A stretch of 64,000 bases of DNA, from assembly GCA_003153125.1 (NCBI GenBank), contig PLWW01000109.1:10513-74512 (forward strand), written 5' to 3'. The notes beneath the pieces were generated by a model. The model searched no databases. It was not told where the DNA came from and saw nothing but the letters and a program-made list of their open reading frames with translations. Shown here piece by piece: positions 1 to 8,929 of this stretch (within the stretch, counting starts at the first letter, position 1; the number at the start of each line of letters is the position of its first letter). A program made the translations under genes and the position numbers. The DNA is from Candidatus Dormiibacterota bacterium. Its GTDB lineage: Bacteria > Chloroflexota > Dormibacteria > Aeolococcales > Aeolococcaceae.

Positions 1-1
1 G

Positions 2-1669
2 TTTCGCGACTCGCAGCTCAGCAACCTGATCGGGTTCACGTACCAGGGAATGGCCGCGGCCGAGGCCGCCGCTGACCTGCTGCGAAGGCTCGAGGAGCTG
101 GCCGGCGCGCAGGTCGAGGGCGAGCCGGCGCAACTGGTCACCATCGCCCTCGATGGGGAGAACTTCAAGGACTTCTACGAGGAGAACGCCACCCCGTTCC
201 TCGACGCGTTCTATGCGGGGCTGGCCGCGAGCCCCAGCCTGCAGAGCACCCACATCGGTCCGTTCCTCGACGCCAACCCGGAGTCCATGGAGGCGCTGCC
301 GGCGCTCTGGACCGGGTCGTGGATCGACGCCAACCTGCGCACCTGGATCGGTGAGGCGGCGCACACCCGCGCATGGACGCTGCTCGGCGAGACTCACGAC
401 GCCCTGGAGCGCGCCGGCGGCGTCGCGGAGCACCAGCTGGCCCACGACGAACTGCTCATCGCCCAGGCGTCGGACTGGTTCTGGTGGTTCGGCGAGCACC
501 ACGACTCGGGCAGCGACGCCGCCTGGGACGCTCTCTTCCGAACCCACCTCCGCAACGCCTACAAGCTGGCCGGCCTGGCGCCGCCTCCTCAGGTGTCCGA
601 GCCGGTCATCGACGGCCTCGCCATCGGCTCGGATTGCGCGCCCCTGCGCGCCATCAACCCCGCCCAGGACGGCGCCGACGAGTGGCGCAGTGCGGGCATC
701 GCCGAGGTCGGCGCCGCGTTTGGGGCGATGCGTCCACCCGCCAGCAGCGTCTCGCGCATCTTCTACGGCGCCGGCGGCGGCCGCCTCCACTTGCGCTTCG
801 GGGATCTCATGCCGCGGTTCGATCGAGCCATCGTCGAAGCGGGCAGCGCCGGCCGGCTCGTGGTCGAGCGTCCGGTGCGCAACCTCTCGGTGGCGTTGCC
901 TCCGGGTCCCGTCGACTTCACGGTGACCCTCGACGAGTCGGCCCGCGGCGCGGAGCGGGTTCCCGCGGTGGGCACCCTGCGCGTGCAGTCGCCCGCCGAT
1001 AGTGTGGCGCGGCCGCTGCGCGTGCTCCTCGTGGCCGCGGAGTGTGCCCCGCTGGCGACGGCGGGGGAACTTGCCGGCGTGGTCGCCGACACAGCGGCTG
1101 ACGCCGCCGCGCTCGGTCACGACGTCGTCGTGGTCATCCCATTGCATCGCGGCGCCCCGGCCGGCGAGTCACCGGGGGTGCGCATCGCCCGGCTGCGCGC
1201 CACCGTCTCGGGGCGCAGCACGACGTCCCGGCTGGTGCAGGGCGCCCTGCCTGGCACAGGGGTCCCGGTGCTGAGCGTCGACGCTGCGGCGTACTTCGAC
1301 CGCGACTCCATCTACGGGTCGCTCGACGACGGCGAACGCTACCTCGCGTTCTGCGCGCTGGTCAACGCGATGCTCGAGAGCACGGCCTTCGCGCCCGACA
1401 TCGTCCACGGCTTCGAATGGCAGACGGCGGCGCTGGTGGCGGCGGTCGCAGGTGGGCCCGACGCGCCGGCCACAGTGTTCAGCGCGGGCGAGTTCTCGTC
1501 CGGCTACCGGATCGACGCCGCCGAGGTCGCCGGCACCGGCGTGGCACGCTCGGGGATGGGGGAGATCGACCTCCTCGACCTCGGCCGCCAGGCGGCCACG
1601 GTTGTTGAGACGACACCGCGCCGGGGCACGCTCGCCGCCCTCTACGACGCGGCGCTCGGCGGCGACTGA
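2..1669 (+). CDS. Glycoside hydrolase family 57-like protein, 5' end outside the window, with a C-terminal degenerate GT5 (glycogen-synthase-like) N-domain
   Basis: Frame 2 is open from nt 2 with no upstream stop, so the gene is 5'-truncated by the window. It carries GH57-type motifs 'ALDGENFKDFYEEN' and 'ASDWFWWFGEHHDSGSD'. From about nt 1012, 'LRVLLVAAECAPLATAGELAGVVADTAADAAALGHDVVVVIPLH' resembles the N-terminus of GT5 starch/glycogen synthases. Confidence 0.75.
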   Translation, partial: FRDSQLSNLIGFTYQGMAAAEAAADLLRRLEELAGAQVEGEPAQLVTIALDGENFKDFYEENATPFLDAFYAGLAASPSLQSTHIGPFLDANPESMEALPALWTGSWIDANLRTWIGEAAHTRAWTLLGETHDALERAGGVAEHQLAHDELLIAQASDWFWWFGEHHDSGSDAAWDALFRTHLRNAYKLAGLAPPPQVSEPVIDGLAIGSDCAPLRAINPAQDGADEWRSAGIAEVGAAFGAMRPPASSVSRIFYGAGGGRLHLRFGDLMPRFDRAIVEAGSAGRLVVERPVRNLSVALPPGPVDFTVTLDESARGAERVPAVGTLRVQSPADSVARPLRVLLVAAECAPLATAGELAGVVADTAADAAALGHDVVVVIPLHRGAPAGESPGVRIARLRATVSGRSTTSRLVQGALPGTGVPVLSVDAAAYFDRDSIYGSLDDGERYLAFCALVNAMLESTAFAPDIVHGFEWQTAALVAAVAGGPDAPATVFSAGEFSSGYRIDAAEVAGTGVARSGMGEIDLLDLGRQAATVVETTPRRGTLAALYDAALGGD

Positions 1670-1711
1670 CACTCCGCCGGACGCCGCTCCTCCGCGCCAA
1701 TCGACGAGCCT

Positions 1712-4282
1712 ATGATGGGCGTGACAATGAACTCGTCAGGCCCGGGCTCCGTGATGAAAGCGGTGGTCATGGCCGGCGGTGAGGGCTCGCGACTCCGTCC
1801 CCTCACCAGTCAGCATCCCAAGCCCCTCGTCCCCGTTGCCGGCACCCCGGTCATCGAGCACATCCTCCGGCTTCTCCGCGTCCACGGCATCACCAAGGTG
1901 ATCGTCACGCTCCAGTACCTGGGAGCGGAGATCCGCAACCGCCTCGGCGACGGCTCAGATCTCGACATGGAGATCGAATACGTCGTCGAGGACCGTCCCC
2001 TGGGCACCGCCGGGAGCGTCCGCAACGCCGCCCACCTGCTCGAGGACACCTTCCTCGTGATCAGCGGCGACTCGCTCACCGACATCGACCTCACCGCGGT
2101 GATCGAGGAGCACCGCCGTCGCGGCAGCCACGCCAGCATCGTGCTCAAGAGCGTTCCCAACCCGCTCGAGTACGGCGTCGTGGTCACGCAGCCGGACGGA
2201 CGGGTGAGCCGGTTCCTGGAGAAGCCGTCGTGGGGGGAGGTGTTCAGCGACCACGCCAACACCGGCATCTACGTGATCGAGCCCACAGTTCTCAGGCACA
2301 TCAAGCCCGGCACATCAGTCGATTGGGCGCAGGACGTGTTCCCGCAGATGCTGCGCCGTCGTGAACCGCTGTTCGGCATCGTCGCCGAGGGCTACTGGTG
2401 CGACATCGGTTCGATCCAGTCGTACATGCAGGCCAACTGGGATGCCCTTGAAGGGCACGTGCAATGCCACATCCCGGGGCGGCGTGAGGGCAACGTATGG
2501 ATCGGCGAGGGCGTGGAGTTCGGCATCGGCGTGCAACTCGAGGGGCCGGCGTACATCGGCGACGAGGTCAAGCTCAAGGCTGGGGCGTTCATCAACGGCC
2601 ACGCCGTCATCGACAGGTACTCGATCGTCGACGACAACGCCAAGGTGTCGAACACAGTGATCTGGCCGCACTCCTACATCGGCGAGAACTGTCGGCTTCG
2701 CCAGAGCATCGTCTGCCGCAACGTCACCATCAAGAACGGGAGCCTCCTCGAGGAGAACTCGGTGATCGGCGACGACTGCGTCATCGGTCGCGGATCGCGG
2801 GTGCGCTCCGGCGTGAAGATCTGGCCTCACAAGGAGGTCGAGCCGGGCTCGACAGTGAACGAGTCGGTGATCTGGGCTGGGGAATGGCGGCGCGGCCTGT
2901 TCTCGTCCTACGGCATGGGCGGCCTCATCAACGTCGAGCTCACCCCCGAGTTCTGTGCACGGCTCGGGGCCGCGTTTGCCGCTACTCTGCCGCGCAACTC
3001 CACCGTCGCCGTGGCCCGCGACCACGCGCGCAGCTCGCGGATGATCAAACGGGCGATCGTGTCCGGGGTGATCAGCGCCGGGGCGCAGGTGCGCGACCTC
3101 AACGAGGTGCCCGTGCCGCTGACGCAGTTCGCCCTGCGCGAGGACGACTGCCATGCGGGCGTTCACGTGCTCGTCTCACCTCTCGACCAGCGCAGCGCCG
3201 ACATCCGCTTCTTCGACACTGACGGCCTGCAGATCGACAAGCGAGCCGAGCGCAAGTTCGAGAACCTGTTCTTTCGCGAGGACTTCCGTCGCGCCGCGTT
3301 CTACGAGATGGGCGACATCGTGCGCGTCGACTCCCACGACGAATACGTCCGCCACCTCCTCGCCAGCGTTGACGCCGCGGCCATCGGGGCCGCCCACTTC
3401 CGTGTGCTCATCGACTACGACTACAGCCAGGCCTCCACCGTGCTCCCCGGCATCCTCAACGACCTCGGCGTCGTGGCCATCCCGCTCAACGCCGGGCTCA
3501 ACGAGAGGCCCCGCAACCGCACCGTGCCAGAGGAGACGGCCCTGATCAGCCACACAGTGCGCGCTGACGTCGGCTGCATGATCAGCCCCACCGGCGAGCG
3601 CATCACGTTCATCGATGACGAGGGCACCGTGCTCAGCCCATACGAGACCTTCGGTGTGCTCATCGGCTGGTGGATGCGTTCGCACCCCGGCACCGTGATG
3701 GCGCCGGCCACGACCCCGCAGTGGATCGTGTCGCATGTCGAGACGTCCGGCGGATCCTTCACCGCCACCCCGGGTGAGGCGTCAGCGGTCCTGCGCGCCT
3801 CGGCGGCCCCCGGCGTCTGTCTCGCGGCGGACGGCGAGGGCGGGTTCATCTGGCCGTCGTTCTTCGGCGCGTTCGACGCCATGTACACGCTGGTGAAGCT
3901 GCTGGAGATGCGTGCCGTCTTCGGGGCGAAGCTCAGCGACGTGCGCCGCCGGCTTCCCGTGTCCACATACATCACCGCGACCGAGTTCTGCCCCTGGGAG
4001 GCCAAGGGCAGGGTGATGCGACGCCTCCTCGAAGAGCACGAGGGCCGCGAGCTCGACCTCGTCGACGGGCTCAAGGTGTTCGTCGAGGGTGGCTTCGTGC
4101 TGGTGCGCCCCGACCCCGACGAGCCGTCCTACCACGTCGTCGCCAGCGTCGACGACGAGGCGACGGGCAGGCAGCTCGTGGACGAGTACCTCGAGCGCGT
4201 CCGCGTCGCCCAGGGCGGCAACCGACATGAGGCGCAGGTGCGCGAGGCGGCAACGGCTGAGGAGCCACCAGTCCTCGCCTGA
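1712..4282 (+). CDS. Sugar-1-phosphate nucleotidyltransferase (mannose-1-P guanylyltransferase-like) fused to a PGM/PMM-like domain
   Basis: '[30 protein letters not shown]' is a nucleotidyltransferase signature. The middle region has hexapeptide-repeat-like sequence. The C-terminal ~450 aa align by eye to phosphomannomutase, but the active-site loops are altered (see findings). The start is ambiguous (ATG 1712, 1727 or 1754). Confidence 0.8.
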   Translation: MMGVTMNSSGPGSVMKAVVMAGGEGSRLRPLTSQHPKPLVPVAGTPVIEHILRLLRVHGITKVIVTLQYLGAEIRNRLGDGSDLDMEIEYVVEDRPLGTAGSVRNAAHLLEDTFLVISGDSLTDIDLTAVIEEHRRRGSHASIVLKSVPNPLEYGVVVTQPDGRVSRFLEKPSWGEVFSDHANTGIYVIEPTVLRHIKPGTSVDWAQDVFPQMLRRREPLFGIVAEGYWCDIGSIQSYMQANWDALEGHVQCHIPGRREGNVWIGEGVEFGIGVQLEGPAYIGDEVKLKAGAFINGHAVIDRYSIVDDNAKVSNTVIWPHSYIGENCRLRQSIVCRNVTIKNGSLLEENSVIGDDCVIGRGSRVRSGVKIWPHKEVEPGSTVNESVIWAGEWRRGLFSSYGMGGLINVELTPEFCARLGAAFAATLPRNSTVAVARDHARSSRMIKRAIVSGVISAGAQVRDLNEVPVPLTQFALREDDCHAGVHVLVSPLDQRSADIRFFDTDGLQIDKRAERKFENLFFREDFRRAAFYEMGDIVRVDSHDEYVRHLLASVDAAAIGAAHFRVLIDYDYSQASTVLPGILNDLGVVAIPLNAGLNERPRNRTVPEETALISHTVRADVGCMISPTGERITFIDDEGTVLSPYETFGVLIGWWMRSHPGTVMAPATTPQWIVSHVETSGGSFTATPGEASAVLRASAAPGVCLAADGEGGFIWPSFFGAFDAMYTLVKLLEMRAVFGAKLSDVRRRLPVSTYITATEFCPWEAKGRVMRRLLEEHEGRELDLVDGLKVFVEGGFVLVRPDPDEPSYHVVASVDDEATGRQLVDEYLERVRVAQGGNRHEAQVREAATAEEPPVLA

Positions 4283-4288
4283 GCGTGC

Positions 4289-6514
4289 TCAGGCGGCGAT
4301 GTCGGCCTCTGGGTCGCCGGGCAGCCGGCGCACCCAGTGCGGCGCCCACCAGTTGGCGCGGCCGAGCAGGCGCATCAGGGCCGGGACCACGAGCGCTCGC
4401 ACGAGGGTGGCGTCGACCAGGACCGCGACCGCCATGCCGATGCCCAGCGACTTGATGGTGACCACGCGCGCCAAGCCGAAGGCGATGAAGACGGTGATCA
4501 TGATCGCCGCCGCCCCGGTGACCAGGCGACCGCTGCGCTCCAGGCCCTCGGCGACGGCGGCGCGGTTGTCGTGCGTGCGCCGCCACGCCTCCTGCATGCG
4601 CGTGAGCAGGAACACCTCGTAGTCCATGGAGAGGCCGAACACAACGCAGAAGAGGAGCACCGGCAGGGTGGGGTCGATGGGCTCAGCAGTGATGTTGAGC
4701 TGGCCCGAGAGATGGCCGTCCTGGAAGAACCAGACCATGGCCCCGAACGCCGCGCTCAGGGAGAGCAGGTTCATCAGCACCGCCTTGACGGGAAGGATGA
4801 CTGAGCGCAGCAGCAGGAAGAGCACGAGCATGGTGGTGAGCACCACGATGCCGATGGCCAGCGGCGTCCGCCCCACCACGTAGTTGACGAAATCGATGTC
4901 GTACGCGGTGTCGCCGGTGACCAGCGTGGTGGCGCCGGCGACCTGGCCCTGGGCGCGGATGGTTCGCACCAGCGCGTGAGCCGCGTCGCTGGCCGGCAGC
5001 GACGGCGTGACCGCGTCGAGCACGGCGATGCTGTGCCCCACCGAGCGGGTCACCTGGTCGCGCGCGGCCGCCGGGAGCGAGCCTGTGCCGCCGCCGTAGA
5101 GCTGCTGGTATTGGGCGACGGAGAACTGCGGGTTGATGTCGACGTAGCTGCGCACTGAGGCAACACCCGGCGTCGCGCTGAGACGGTGACTCACCGCAGC
5201 CGCGATGGCCACGTTGGTCGGCGCGAGAGGCGAGCCGTCGGAGAAGTTCAGCACCACCTGGATCAGGTTGGCTCCCTGGCTGGGGAAGTCGGCGGCGAGC
5301 AGCTCCGCGCCCCGCCGTGCGTCGGCGTCCGGCGGCAGCTGGGTCACATCGGTGTTGGCCAGGTGCAGGTGCAGAAACGGAGACCCCGCCGCAAGCAGCA
5401 CGGCAACGGTTGGCACCAGCACGAGCACGGGTCGGCGCATGACCGCGATGGCGATGCGGTGCCACATGCCCTGGCCGAATGGGCGCGGTCGAAGGATGGG
5501 CACTGACAGCCGGTTGATCCGGGTGCCCAGGACCGAGAGAAGGGCGGGGAGGAAGGTCAGCGCGAGGAGCACCGAGATGGCCACCACCATGGCGCCACAG
5601 ATCCCCATCGACACCAGGAACGTGCCCCGGTAAAAGAGCATCGCCGACAGCCCGATGGCCACCGTGAGGCCACTGAAGGCGATGGCGCGCCCGGCTGTGC
5701 CCATGGCGATGGCCACAGCGTCCGGCACGGTGCGGCCGCGGCCGAGTTCCTCGCGGAACCGGCTAACAATGAACAGCGAGTAGTCGATGGCGATGCCGAG
5801 GCCGATCAGGGTGACGATGTTGAGCGCATAGGTGGAGACGTCGGTGATGTGCGCAAGCAGCAGCGCCGAGCCGACGCCGCCGGTGACGGCGATCAGCCCG
5901 ATGGCCAGGCACACCACGGCGCCGACCCCGGTGCCGAACACGATGAGCAGTAGAACCAGCGCCACCACCGACGACCCGATCTCAGCCTTCTGGAGGTCCG
6001 CCGCGAGCAGGCTGTCGAAGTCGTACGCCACGGCGACGTCGCCGGTTGCGCTGACAGTCATCTGAGACGGTGGGTCGACCTCGGCGCGCAGCTCGCCGAA
6101 CTGCTTGCGCGCCGCCGTGAAGTCGATGTTCAGGGAGACGACCGCCATCACCATGTGCCCGTTGCTCGACACCAGCTGTGGCGCCAGCGCTGCGGGCGCG
6201 TTGTACGGCGTCTCGATGGCGACGACGCGGCGGTCGGCGGCAAGCGGCGCGGTGGTGCGGGCCACCTCCTGCTGGAAGACTGCCTCCGTGGAGGTGCGCG
6301 TGGTGTCGGCGAGGATGAGCGTGAAGGTGACTGCCCCGGTGGGCAGCTGTTGCGACATCAGCGTGAAGGCGCGCCCCGACTCGACGTCGAGGCTGTTGTC
6401 GTTCTGGGGCTCGCCGCCGGTGGCGATGGCCACGATCGACAGGACGAAGGCGACCAGCGAGAGTCCGATCACGAGGCGACGGTGCGCATGGACGAAGCGG
6501 CCCCACCGTTGCAC
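4289..6514 (-). CDS. MMPL-family (RND superfamily) membrane transporter
   Basis: Two blocks of ~6 TM helices flank large soluble loops. MMPL-type motifs 'GIAIDYSLFIVSRFREEL' and 'GLSMDYEVFLLTRMQEAW' are present. The track ORF extends to 6778, but that N-terminal extension is Arg/Pro-rich junk. GTG at 6514 precedes 'VQRWGRFVHAHRRLVIGLSLVAF' (the first TM helix). Confidence 0.85.
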   Translation of the reverse strand: MQRWGRFVHAHRRLVIGLSLVAFVLSIVAIATGGEPQNDNSLDVESGRAFTLMSQQLPTGAVTFTLILADTTRTSTEAVFQQEVARTTAPLAADRRVVAIETPYNAPAALAPQLVSSNGHMVMAVVSLNIDFTAARKQFGELRAEVDPPSQMTVSATGDVAVAYDFDSLLAADLQKAEIGSSVVALVLLLIVFGTGVGAVVCLAIGLIAVTGGVGSALLLAHITDVSTYALNIVTLIGLGIAIDYSLFIVSRFREELGRGRTVPDAVAIAMGTAGRAIAFSGLTVAIGLSAMLFYRGTFLVSMGICGAMVVAISVLLALTFLPALLSVLGTRINRLSVPILRPRPFGQGMWHRIAIAVMRRPVLVLVPTVAVLLAAGSPFLHLHLANTDVTQLPPDADARRGAELLAADFPSQGANLIQVVLNFSDGSPLAPTNVAIAAAVSHRLSATPGVASVRSYVDINPQFSVAQYQQLYGGGTGSLPAAARDQVTRSVGHSIAVLDAVTPSLPASDAAHALVRTIRAQGQVAGATTLVTGDTAYDIDFVNYVVGRTPLAIGIVVLTTMLVLFLLLRSVILPVKAVLMNLLSLSAAFGAMVWFFQDGHLSGQLNITAEPIDPTLPVLLFCVVFGLSMDYEVFLLTRMQEAWRRTHDNRAAVAEGLERSGRLVTGAAAIMITVFIAFGLARVVTIKSLGIGMAVAVLVDATLVRALVVPALMRLLGRANWWAPHWVRRLPGDPEADIAA

Positions 6515-6520
6515 GGGGCG

Positions 6521-6526
6521 AGTATA
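6521..6526 (-). promoter_or_regulatory. -10-like hexamer TATACT, 6 nt upstream of the MMPL GTG (candidate leaderless promoter)
   Basis: The minus strand reads GATATACT-cgcccc-GTG. No Shine-Dalgarno sequence lies between. Confidence 0.4.
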
Positions 6527-6601
6527 TCGGCGCCTCCGCGCCTGCCCTGCGGCGGCGAGGCCGGCCGGCGGGGCCCGGCAATGCGCGGGCGACGGCCGAC
6601 T

Positions 6602-6883
6602 ATGATCGGCCACGCGATGGCAGACGCTCCAGACGACGCCGGCGCGGCACCGGGCCCGGGCGCTCCCGGGTACCTGCGTCATGTGTGCCACGAGTTGCGC
6701 CAGCCACTGGTGGTGGCGGCGGGCTACGTCTCCATGCTGGACGAGGGGTCCTTCGGGGAGCTGGCGCCGGAGGTGCACGACATCCTCCGCACCGTCGCGG
6801 AGAGGCTGGACGCGGCCAACGCGATCATCGACGACCTCGCCGCCGGCGCCAACTCGGCGGCGGCCGCCCCCGGTCAGACCTGA
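6602..6883 (+). CDS. Small stand-alone HisKA/DHp-domain protein (histidine-kinase phosphoacceptor domain only)
   Basis: It has an H-box 'HVCHELRQPLVVAAGYVSML' followed by a second helix, 'EVHDILRTVAERLDAANAIIDDL'. GC3 is high throughout and no ATPase domain follows. The start is ATG 6602 or the in-frame ATG 6617. Its 3' end overlaps the convergent hemH by 10 nt. Confidence 0.55.
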   Translation: MIGHAMADAPDDAGAAPGPGAPGYLRHVCHELRQPLVVAAGYVSMLDEGSFGELAPEVHDILRTVAERLDAANAIIDDLAAGANSAAAAPGQT

Positions 6884-7827
6884 GCGGCTGCCAGCTCCCG
6901 GTCCACGACCTCGGCCAGCGCCGCGATGAAGGGGGCGCTGGCGTTGGGCATGTCGATGCGGTGGAAATCAAGGCCGGCGTCGCGTGCCTGCTCGGCGGCG
7001 GCGACGTCGATGTCGTAGAGGATCTCCAGGTGGTCGGCGACGAACTGCACCGGCACCACCAGCACGTCGGTGTTGCCGGCCCCGGCCAGGGTCGCCAGGA
7101 CCTCGGTGAGGTCGGGCTTGAGCCACTCCTCTGGGGTGTGCCCGGCACTCTGGAAGGCAAACGTCCATTGACCAGGGAGGAGGCCAGCCCTGGCAGCAAC
7201 GGCCGTGATCGTCTCGTCGATCTGGACCATGTAGCCGGGGTCGCGATCCACAACGGGCCGGGGCAGGCTGTGCGCCGTGAACACCACGGCGAGCCTGCCG
7301 TGGCCGGCGAGGCGCCCCAGCGCCTCCTCGACACGCTCGCCGAGCGAGGCCACCCATGATGGCGTCGTGTGCCAGGCGCCCGCGACGCGCACCGGCGCGC
7401 CGTCTGCGACAGCCGCGTCCAGCGCCGCCTGGTACGCGGTGAAGATCAGCGGCGAGTACTGCGGAGCGAGGACGATTGCGATCACCTCGGTCACGCCTGC
7501 GTCGGTGAGGTCCCGCAGAGCGCCGGCGATGCGCGGCTCCGAGTGGAGCATGCCGGCGGCGACCTTCGCCGGCCGGTCACCGACGCGCCCGTTGAGGAGC
7601 TGCTCCAGGCCGGCCGCCTGGGCCACGGTGATGTCGATGAGCGGCGAGCGGCCGATGACATCGAAGCGCCGTCGGAACTCCGCGATCAGCTCTGCCGAGG
7701 CCTCGCGGCCGCCGCGGACGCTGCGCAGGTAGGCGGGGACGTCGGCCGAGGTGACGGCGGAGCCGAAGGTCATGAGCAGGACGCCAAGAGGTGCGCGCGG
7801 GGACGGGTCGGACCAGCGCAGATTCAC
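6874..7827 (-). CDS. hemH: Ferrochelatase
   Basis: 'LGVLLMTFGSAVTSADVPAYLRSVRGGR', 'AIVLAPQYSPL', 'VVFTAHSLP' and 'VVPVQFVADHLEILYDIDV' are ferrochelatase-type motifs. GTG at 7827 overlaps the hemE stop as GTGA. The longer track ORF (to 8337) is an out-of-frame read-through of hemE. Confidence 0.85.
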   Translation of the reverse strand: MNLRWSDPSPRAPLGVLLMTFGSAVTSADVPAYLRSVRGGREASAELIAEFRRRFDVIGRSPLIDITVAQAAGLEQLLNGRVGDRPAKVAAGMLHSEPRIAGALRDLTDAGVTEVIAIVLAPQYSPLIFTAYQAALDAAVADGAPVRVAGAWHTTPSWVASLGERVEEALGRLAGHGRLAVVFTAHSLPRPVVDRDPGYMVQIDETITAVAARAGLLPGQWTFAFQSAGHTPEEWLKPDLTEVLATLAGAGNTDVLVVPVQFVADHLEILYDIDVAAAEQARDAGLDFHRIDMPNASAPFIAALAEVVDRELAAAQV

Positions 7828-8888
7828 ACCCCCACCGCGGTGCGCTCGTGGACCAGGTCGACGAGCCGGCGCAGGGTGTCGCTGGGGGTGTCGGCGAGCA
7901 CGCCGTGGCCGAGGTTGAAGATGTGCCCCGGACGCCCGCCGGCTTCGGCGAGGACGCGGCCGGCCTCGCGCTCGACGACCTCCCAGGGGGCGAGGCAGAT
8001 GGTGGGGTCGAGGTTGCCCTGGATGGCGAGGTCGCCGATCCGCGACCAGGCGCGGTCCAGCGGAAGGCGCCAGTCGACGGACACCGCGGAGGAGCCGGCG
8101 CCGGCCATCGCCTCGAGCATGTGGGCGGTCGAGGTGGCGAAATGGATGGTGGGGACCGTCCCGGCGACGCCACTGAAGATGCGTCGCACGTAGGGGAGGA
8201 CGTACTCCGAGTACTCGCGGGCGCCGAGCGCCCCCACCCAGGAATCGAAGAGTTGCACGGCCTGGACCCCCGCCTTCACCTGCGCCCTGAGGTAGCGGAT
8301 GGTGACCTCGGTGAGCGTTTCCATCAGCTCGTGCCACAGCGCCGGCTGTCCGTACATGAGCGCCTTGCTACGCGCGAAATCCTTGGTGGGGCGGCCCTCG
8401 ATGAGGTAGGACGCCACCGTGAACGGCGCCCCCGCGAAGCCGAGGACGGCGGTGCGCCCATCGAGGTCGCGGCGGATCAGCCTGATGGCATCAAAGAGGT
8501 CGGGCGTGGCCTCCTCGGGCTCGACGATGCGCAGGGCCCGCACCGACGCCGAGTCGCGCAAGGGCGCATGGATGATCGGGCCGATGCCGGGGTCGATGGA
8601 GAAGGGAACCCCCATGCCGAAGAGGGGCAGCATGATGTCCGCATAGAGGACGGCGGCGTCGACGCCGAACTCGTCGACCGGCATCAGGGTCACCTGCGCG
8701 CACAGCTCGGGGGTGCGCGTGATGGTGAGGATGTCGTACGTCTCGCGCAGTTCGCGATAGGCGGCGAGGCAGCGTCCCGCCTGGCGCATGAACCACACCG
8801 GGGTGCGGTCGACCGGCTCCTTGCGGACCGCCGCGAGGAAGCGGGTGGCGCCGGTCATGGCGACCGGGGGGGCGGGGACCGTGGTCAT
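7824..8888 (-). CDS. hemE: Uroporphyrinogen decarboxylase
   Basis: 'RTPVWFMRQAGRCLAAYRELRE' (URO-D signature 1 type) and 'GHIFNLGHGVLADTP' near the C-terminus. Confidence 0.9.
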   Translation of the reverse strand: MTTVPAPPVAMTGATRFLAAVRKEPVDRTPVWFMRQAGRCLAAYRELRETYDILTITRTPELCAQVTLMPVDEFGVDAAVLYADIMLPLFGMGVPFSIDPGIGPIIHAPLRDSASVRALRIVEPEEATPDLFDAIRLIRRDLDGRTAVLGFAGAPFTVASYLIEGRPTKDFARSKALMYGQPALWHELMETLTEVTIRYLRAQVKAGVQAVQLFDSWVGALGAREYSEYVLPYVRRIFSGVAGTVPTIHFATSTAHMLEAMAGAGSSAVSVDWRLPLDRAWSRIGDLAIQGNLDPTICLAPWEVVEREAGRVLAEAGGRPGHIFNLGHGVLADTPSDTLRRLVDLVHERTAVGV

Positions 8889-8929
8889 CGTTCGAGCGTA
8901 ACGGACGGTGGCAGCGGGCCGGCCGCGGG

